NCBI GenBank assembly: GCA_029880755.1
Contig: JAOUNW010000001.1
Span: forward strand, 1 to 59,346
Origin: Gammaproteobacteria bacterium
Lineage (GTDB): Bacteria > Pseudomonadota > Gammaproteobacteria > Acidiferrobacterales > SZUA-150
Reading direction: 5' to 3'
DNA: 59,346 bases
In this document: one piece after another, positions 53,807 to 59,346 of the stretch
Layout of the letters: each line of letters opens with the position of its first letter
How positions within the stretch are numbered: position 1 is the first letter of the stretch
The notes under the pieces: model-generated
What the model saw: the letters and a program-made list of their open reading frames with translations, nothing else
The model's database searches: none
Told to the model about the DNA's origin: nothing
Position numbers and translations under genes: made by a program

Positions 53807-55534
53807 CTAAATCACTCCCCCTAGTTTTACCTGATTGCGCCCGGCGCGCTTGGCCTCGTAAAGCGCATGATCAGCCGTTTCAATCAGCAGTGCCGGCGTC
53901 GGCGGAATTACGGTGGAATCATTGGGTTGAAACGAAGCTATCCCGATGCTGATTGTGACGTATTTATCCGTATCTGAACCTGGATGGGCAATACTGGCTG
54001 CGCGGACAGATTGTCGTAACAGCTCCGCATGTTTGTAACATTGGCTCTCATTAAAGCCGGGCATGATGATGACGAACTCTTCGCCGCCATAACGCGCAGG
54101 CAGGTCGCTGCCACGGAGAAAATGCTGTTTAATGATGCCGGCAATAGAGATCAGACAGGCATCACCAGCCTGGTGGCCGAGTATGTCGTTGTAGTGCTTA
54201 AAGTGATCGATGTCGCACATAATGAGAGAGACCGGAGTTGCCATGCGTGATGCCCGGTGCATTTCTTCCTCAAGAACCGTATCGAAGTGACGTCGGTTAT
54301 AGAGCCCGGTGAGGCCGTCGGTCCTGGCGAGCTCCTCCAGTTTCAGATTGGCCTCAAACAAGTCCCGGTTGGTGTTTATAATATCGTCACGCAGTTTACG
54401 CTTTTCTGTGATATCGCGAATCAGTCCGGTAAATAATCGCTCCCCATGAATCGTCATTTCACTTACCGCCAGTTCGACTGGAAAAATGACGCCATTCTTT
54501 TTAATAGCCTCGACTTCCCGGCCGATGCCGATGACTTTCTTGTGCCCGGTATCAATGTAGTTTTTCATATAGCCATTGTGCAGGGACTTGTGTGGCTCCG
54601 GCATCAGCAGGGAAACATTCTTACCAATGACTTCTTTTGCGTTGTAACCGAACATATTTTCCGCAGATTGGTTAAAGCTCTCAATGATCCCTTTGTCATT
54701 AATGGTTATGACTGCGTCGACTACGGTTTCGACCAGGCTGCGCCAGCGCTCTTCCTTTTCCTGAAGCGCTGTTTCATTATCCTCGACCGAGTCAAATAAT
54801 CTGTTCAGCGATTGACCCAGCCAGGCCAATTCGTCCCGGCCGGTTATGGCGATTCGGCGTTCCCTCTCGCCCCGGGAAAAATTCTCGGAAATCTCAGCCA
54901 TTAGGGCGGTACGTCTGGTGATTAAGCGGGACAGTGCTGCCAGCAGCAACATCGCACCCAGGCCGGACCCGACAAGGGATACCGCCAGAACCCGGTAGAA
55001 ATTTGCTCTTGCCAGGCGATATTGGTAGGCCAAATCAAGCCGATAATACAGAAAACCGCATTGAGTACTTCTCAATCCCAAGCCCTCTCCCTTTGTGCAG
55101 ACCGGGGCGTAACCGGTGATGATGTGCCGTTTATGGTCTTCGTCCAGAACGCTGCTGTTCGAGTTCGTGGCCTTTACCACTTTCTCGCTCGTTATAATAT
55201 ATGAGGTTTCGGTATAGTGTTTGCCGGTATCGACATAGCGAATCGATGCCAGTATTTCCCCTTTGTGATCGGTGACGAGTAATGCGAGGAGGTCGGGCTC
55301 CGCAGCGAAATTGGAGATCAAATGATTCAGGCGCTCAACCGCGCCGAGAGCAATCAGTTGCTCCGCAACACCCTGAATAAAATTCAAACGATCGCTAACC
55401 TGTTTTATGCCGTCTTCCACAATACGGCGGTAGGCCAGTGACTGCCCGGAAAGCAGAGCGATTGCAAGGGTAAAGCAAATAAAGAGCAGGGTGAGTGCCG
55501 GAACGACCACTCGAATGCTTTGCCACCGTATCAT
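53807..55534 (-). CDS. Membrane sensor diguanylate cyclase (periplasmic domain, HAMP, PAS, GGDEF)
   Basis: Two TM segments. A PAS block. I-site RGSD five residues before YGGEEF. The start lies 7 nt after the upstream SBP gene's stop. Confidence 0.9.
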   Translation of the reverse strand: MIRWQSIRVVVPALTLLFICFTLAIALLSGQSLAYRRIVEDGIKQVSDRLNFIQGVAEQLIALGAVERLNHLISNFAAEPDLLALLVTDHKGEILASIRYVDTGKHYTETSYIITSEKVVKATNSNSSVLDEDHKRHIITGYAPVCTKGEGLGLRSTQCGFLYYRLDLAYQYRLARANFYRVLAVSLVGSGLGAMLLLAALSRLITRRTALMAEISENFSRGERERRIAITGRDELAWLGQSLNRLFDSVEDNETALQEKEERWRSLVETVVDAVITINDKGIIESFNQSAENMFGYNAKEVIGKNVSLLMPEPHKSLHNGYMKNYIDTGHKKVIGIGREVEAIKKNGVIFPVELAVSEMTIHGERLFTGLIRDITEKRKLRDDIINTNRDLFEANLKLEELARTDGLTGLYNRRHFDTVLEEEMHRASRMATPVSLIMCDIDHFKHYNDILGHQAGDACLISIAGIIKQHFLRGSDLPARYGGEEFVIIMPGFNESQCYKHAELLRQSVRAASIAHPGSDTDKYVTISIGIASFQPNDSTVIPPTPALLIETADHALYEAKRAGRNQVKLGGVI

Positions 55535-55541
55535 TAACGAA

Positions 55542-56522
55542 TCACTCTTTGATGGCGGACGAACTGAGCAGGTTGTCTGTATTTACCCTGCCCTGAATCA
55601 AACCGTGCTGGCTCATGACACGATTAAGATGTGTCAGCGTTGTCAAAAGTTTGGCCTTTTCGCCGTCCAAAAGTTCGATGTTTTCACTCATATCAGGTAT
55701 ATGCAGGCCAGCGAGGCCATAGAGAATTTCTTCTGTTGTTGTGCCGAGCCGCCGCGATATAATGGCTGATGCATCTGCGGGTCGATTGGCAAGATAATCC
55801 ACAGCTTTGAACCAGCCTCGAATCAGATGTTTGATGCGGCCCGGGTGTTTGCTGAAATATTTTTCATGCACTACCAGTACATCGACTATTTCACCCGGAA
55901 TCTGCTTGCTGTTGAAAATCTCACTGGCGCCGGCATTGAGCAGTTTGGTGCGGGACGGTTCGAAGGTGACAACAGCGTCAATGCGATTCTTTTCGTAATC
56001 CGAGATATGTTCATTTACGCTGGAGGAAACAATCTTGACATCATTGATGGACATATTATTGAGTTCCAGGGCGCGGGTCACGACGAAGGCGCCAAGGGCG
56101 TTGTTTTCTACGCCAATGCGCTTTCCTTTTAATTGCTTGACGGTTGTTACCGGTGGTTTCGCCAGGATGGCATCACCGCCCTGGGAGATATCGTGAACCA
56201 GTATGATTTTTACCGGTATCCGGTCCTGTCTCAGCTGCAATACTTCGTCGAGCGTCAGCGACGCCGCCTGAATTGACTGATTGCGAAAGGCGCGCAGTAC
56301 ATCTGTCGCCGAGGGATATTCGGTTAGCCGGATTTCGTCAGGTGTCCAGTGTCCAAGCTCTTGTGCCAGATACAATGGTTCATAACCAAGCCAGATATTC
56401 GTGCCGACGCGCAATGTCGGGGCCTCGCTCTGCAGGCATGCCGCTTGAAACAGGCAGGCGATAATGAGGCCTGACCGGCACAGCGTTTTATACTTTGTTG
56501 CAAGTAACAGTTTAATTAACAT
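55542..56522 (-). CDS. Periplasmic substrate-binding protein (NMT1/NitT/TauT-like)
   Basis: Signal/lipoprotein-like N-terminus (IIACLFQAAC). LRVGTNIWLGYEPLYLA is typical of the NMT1/SsuA-like fold. I prefer the ATG at 56522 to the TTG at 56558. Confidence 0.75.
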   Translation of the reverse strand: MLIKLLLATKYKTLCRSGLIIACLFQAACLQSEAPTLRVGTNIWLGYEPLYLAQELGHWTPDEIRLTEYPSATDVLRAFRNQSIQAASLTLDEVLQLRQDRIPVKIILVHDISQGGDAILAKPPVTTVKQLKGKRIGVENNALGAFVVTRALELNNMSINDVKIVSSSVNEHISDYEKNRIDAVVTFEPSRTKLLNAGASEIFNSKQIPGEIVDVLVVHEKYFSKHPGRIKHLIRGWFKAVDYLANRPADASAIISRRLGTTTEEILYGLAGLHIPDMSENIELLDGEKAKLLTTLTHLNRVMSQHGLIQGRVNTDNLLSSSAIKE

Positions 56523-56723
56523 GCGCCCTAGAGACTTAAACGTTGTCAAATGAGCCAAGGTGTACTTATATATATAGTTGAGGCTGTGCCGGAAGGAAGC
56601 TCTTATTACAGCGCAATAATAAAGGGATTTTAAATATCACTGTTTATTTTGGATTACTTCGGTGCAACCGGCGCTTGGTTGCTAATGGATGTAAAACTAA
56701 AAAATTGAAAGAAAGGTGACGCA

Positions 56724-57542
56724 ATGAAAAAAATGTTTTTGGCGGTTGTCGGCTTAGTGGTGATTCTCGTAGCGGCCGGCCTGTATTACCTGTTTACCAA
56801 CCTGGATGCGATCGTGGAAGCCGCTATCGAGAAGTATGGCTCGCAGGTAACGCAGACGCCGGTGCGAGTGGATAGGGTGCGGATCAATCTCGCCGATGGT
56901 GCCAGCGAAATCAACGGCCTGACTATTGCCAACCCCAAAGGGTTCGATATGGCCAATGCGTTCTCTCTGGGAAAAATCAGCGTAAAGATTAATATCAAGA
57001 GCGTGACAGAAAGCCCAATAGTGATAGATGAAATCATTGTTAAGGCGCCGGAGGTATTTTATGAGATTAATGCAGAACGTAAAGGTAGCCTCGATACCTT
57101 GCTGGACAATATTATGGCCAGTGTCCCAAGCGGCCCGGCTACAACGACGGAGCAGTCAGATAAGTCTGCAAAGAAAGGCGATGAGCCAAGAATACGAATC
57201 CGGCGTTTCCAATTTGCTGATGCCACACTTAATGCCAAGATTGTGCCGTTGAAGGACAAGGAATACACCTTAAAGATTCCTGCCATAAACATGGATAACC
57301 TGGGCGGTAAAAAGGGTGCTACGGGTGAGGAGTTGGCCAAGGAAATTATGAGTCGTCTGACAAAGCAGATTGTTGCAGTGATTAAACAAAAAGGTTTGGA
57401 CGCAGAGCTGGAAAAATACAAGGCACAGGCCAGACAAAAAGTGGAAGAAGAAAAGGCCAGATTAAAAGCCAGGACTGATGAAAAGATTGATGAGCAAAAA
57501 AGCAAGGCAACAGACAAACTGAAAGGCCTGATAAAGCGTTAA
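56724..57542 (+). CDS. Membrane-anchored hypothetical protein with a Lys/Glu-rich C-terminal coiled coil
   Basis: N-terminal TM helix, a beta-rich middle region, and a charged helical tail. Confidence 0.6.
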   Translation: MKKMFLAVVGLVVILVAAGLYYLFTNLDAIVEAAIEKYGSQVTQTPVRVDRVRINLADGASEINGLTIANPKGFDMANAFSLGKISVKINIKSVTESPIVIDEIIVKAPEVFYEINAERKGSLDTLLDNIMASVPSGPATTTEQSDKSAKKGDEPRIRIRRFQFADATLNAKIVPLKDKEYTLKIPAINMDNLGGKKGATGEELAKEIMSRLTKQIVAVIKQKGLDAELEKYKAQARQKVEEEKARLKARTDEKIDEQKSKATDKLKGLIKR

Positions 57543-57609
57543 AGCAGATTGGTTTGGTAATGGACTTTAACAGGGGTAAAGTAAAAGCCTGTCCCGGTTA
57601 GCCAGAGTT

Positions 57610-57987
57610 GTGTCATTTATACGTCGTAAAATAAACCGGGGCTTTATTGGGCCGGCACTGATTCTGAGAGACAGGCTGTTTCCGCCTAAATCCGTAGTCA
57701 GGTCCGAAGATGACCAGAGAAAAGTTGATGAGGCCACAAAAGGATTAACGCTTTATCATCTTTGGACCTGCCCCTTCTGCGCAAGAACCCGGCGTGTTAT
57801 AAAACAGTTGTCGTTGAATATTGAATTGCGTGACATTAACAAGATTCAAAACAAGAAAGATCTGGTGAAGGGCAGCGGACAGTCAAAGGTGCCCTGCCTG
57901 AAAATAATGGACGAGCATGGCACGGTCACCTGGTTGCGCGAATCCCATAACATCATCCGCTACTTGCAGGACCGTTTTTCCGGGTAG
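57610..57987 (+). CDS. Glutaredoxin-family protein
   Basis: CPFC active site (LYHLWTCPFCARTR) and VPCL downstream. GTG start, and the N-terminal extension is uncertain. Confidence 0.75.
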   Translation: MSFIRRKINRGFIGPALILRDRLFPPKSVVRSEDDQRKVDEATKGLTLYHLWTCPFCARTRRVIKQLSLNIELRDINKIQNKKDLVKGSGQSKVPCLKIMDEHGTVTWLRESHNIIRYLQDRFSG

Positions 57988-57989
57988 AG

Positions 57990-58775
57990 TTATTTTTTTT
58001 CGTATTCTGAAATCCAGTCGCTGATTGTTTTAACCAGTTCTTCATTTTTGCCCTGGAAAAAGTGGCCTGTGCCGGCGATGGCTTTTTGCTCCGACCCCTT
58101 TTTGGATTTGATAATTGGCAGGCGTGCTTTTGCCCCTTCTGTTGCACGTTCATGTTCCGTGCCGTAAAGATCGAGCATGGGTACAGGAACTTCTTTCAGC
58201 CAGTCAATAAGGGGTTTCCCGGGGATCGCCTCAGAACCCGGCGACATGCTGGTTATAACAAAAGAAGTAATATTTTCTCCTGCTTTTTTATCGGTTACCA
58301 GATAATAAACACCCATCTCGGTTCCCAGGCTGTGTCCGATCAGCACCAGGTTTTTATAACCCTTGTTTTTTAGAAACTTGATGGCGCTATTAATTCGTGG
58401 CGCCACTTCGCTGAATAAAGGCTTGTATTCAGCAGGGTTCGCCTCATTGTGCAGGACAGGCATTTGGATAGAGAGCGTAGCCCAGCCCTGTTCCGGCAAT
58501 TGACTGCGCAGGGGTAGTATCACGTCCGGCCAATCGGGGTGAACACCGATGCCATGCATAATAATCGCGGCCCCCTTGGGGCCGTCACTGGCTTCCGTGT
58601 ACAACCCAAGAAACTTGTCCTGACCGGCTTCCAGCCATACTGCGTCACCCACCATGACAACGTCGGCGATTTGATCAGCCCAGCGTTTTTCCTTGGCCTT
58701 GTCCGAGGCAGTAACTTCGGCAGTGTTGGCTATGAGTAACAGGGCAAGCGACAAATATACCAGAGGTCTCATCAT
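57990..58775 (-). CDS. Secreted alpha/beta hydrolase
   Basis: Signal peptide and nucleophile elbow GHSLG. Confidence 0.8.
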   Translation of the reverse strand: MMRPLVYLSLALLLIANTAEVTASDKAKEKRWADQIADVVMVGDAVWLEAGQDKFLGLYTEASDGPKGAAIIMHGIGVHPDWPDVILPLRSQLPEQGWATLSIQMPVLHNEANPAEYKPLFSEVAPRINSAIKFLKNKGYKNLVLIGHSLGTEMGVYYLVTDKKAGENITSFVITSMSPGSEAIPGKPLIDWLKEVPVPMLDLYGTEHERATEGAKARLPIIKSKKGSEQKAIAGTGHFFQGKNEELVKTISDWISEYEKK

Positions 58776-59014
58776 GTTCTCCTCGATTACATCTGCAGGG
58801 GATCAGAAACACTACGCCGGTTTCCAAAAAATCTCAAATTGACTGAAAGGCACAAAAAAAGCAGGTTCTGGCCTGCTCTGACTGCGGCAAATTGTCGCGC
58901 GACCCTATGCCACATTCCCTGTGCAGCAATTCCTAAATAAACTGCCTGGTAGTGAAGGCTGTCTGCTGTAGCTTGGAATCAGCAGTTCGGCGATATCCAG
59001 AGGAGACAGCGGAA

Positions 59015-59346
59015 TTGGGATTTGATCACACACTGATAGCACATTTCGAGCACCGGAATGTAGTGTGGGCAATGACTGCTTCGTTGATTGCTCACATGGC
59101 GTTGTTTTTGGCGCTGAGTGGCGTCAATGCTGAATTCAGGGCGACCGCGCCTTATCAATCGATAGAAGTCTCTCTTAGCTCTGTGGCGTCACCGGCTTCC
59201 CTGCAGGCATCGGAACCTCGGTTACAAAAAGATAGAACCGTGTCATCAGATCGCTCCGTATTCAGTGACGCGCCGGATAATGATAAATCGGTAAAGCCTG
59301 CACAGGAGAATCTTGCTTCCGCCACAAGTCAGGGCGAGATGGTCAC
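59015..59346 (+). CDS. TonB-like energy transducer, N-terminal part (runs off the 3' edge of the window)
   Basis: The frame is open from 58940 to the window end. AGGAGA lies 8 nt before the TTG at 59015. The TM helix carries the S-x3-H motif (SLIAH). A Pro/Ser-rich region begins after it. This ORF is not in the track because it has no stop in the window. Confidence 0.35.
   Translation, partial: MGFDHTLIAHFEHRNVVWAMTASLIAHMALFLALSGVNAEFRATAPYQSIEVSLSSVASPASLQASEPRLQKDRTVSSDRSVFSDAPDNDKSVKPAQENLASATSQGEMV

Noticed and set aside
1-59346. Looked for CRISPR arrays, IS elements/transposases, integrases, phage genes, toxin-antitoxin pairs and known defence-system signatures
   Set aside because: None recognised. 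The only repeat structures are the tRNA-linked units, the 157-bp direct repeat, and the TSP3 and Gly-linker coding repeats. The PLD and truncated patatin genes lack the partner genes expected for known defence systems.

Overview
This is a 59.3-kb chromosomal segment of roughly 50% GC, judged by eye. The gene content suggests a sulfur-oxidising or chemolithotrophic marine Gammaproteobacterium, but the taxon cannot be fixed without a database search.

I can support about 60 protein-coding genes, one tRNA-Arg(UCG) and several intrinsic terminators. I recognised no rRNA, CRISPR array, transposase, integrase or phage gene. All product calls come from motifs read in the supplied translations. Nothing was searched.

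Main gene themes:
- A three-gene molybdoenzyme operon (catalytic, 4Fe-4S and DmsC-type anchor subunits, PsrABC/SoeABC-like).
- Scattered sulfur-trafficking genes: YeeE/YedE, a single-Cys TusE/DsrC-type protein and a DsrE-like protein.
- A copper module: a Tat-exported multicopper oxidase plus a DUF411 protein.
- Three c-di-GMP enzymes. Two follow periplasmic-binding-protein genes and one is an HD-GYP with a degenerate receiver.
- Two diverged copies of a cold-shock RNA-chaperone module (DEAD-box helicase, CspA-family protein, RRM protein).
- Secreted proteins, including two PEP-CTERM-type proteins and a subtilase with thrombospondin-3 repeats.

The most unusual observations:
1. tRNA-Arg is followed by two tandem units of about 190-210 bp. 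Each unit starts with a terminator hairpin and ends with a copy of the tRNA 3' end, which looks like an att-site array but has no integrase.
2. A 157-bp direct repeat brackets the multicopper oxidase. The upstream copy is a DUF411 gene fragment fused to the 3' end of a lost tusE/dsrC paralogue.
3. The two Csp-RRM modules are inverted relative to each other and bracket about 9.4 kb. Both RRM genes appear to use non-ATG start codons.
4. One polypeptide fuses a GNAT-like domain to a histone-deacetylase-family domain.
5. A bacterial homologue of CDP-archaeol synthase (CarS/DUF46) is present.
6. A patatin gene lacks its 5' end and sits behind a near-consensus sigma-54 promoter.

I did not find a compact multi-gene cluster that I could defend as a clear new defence or secretion system.
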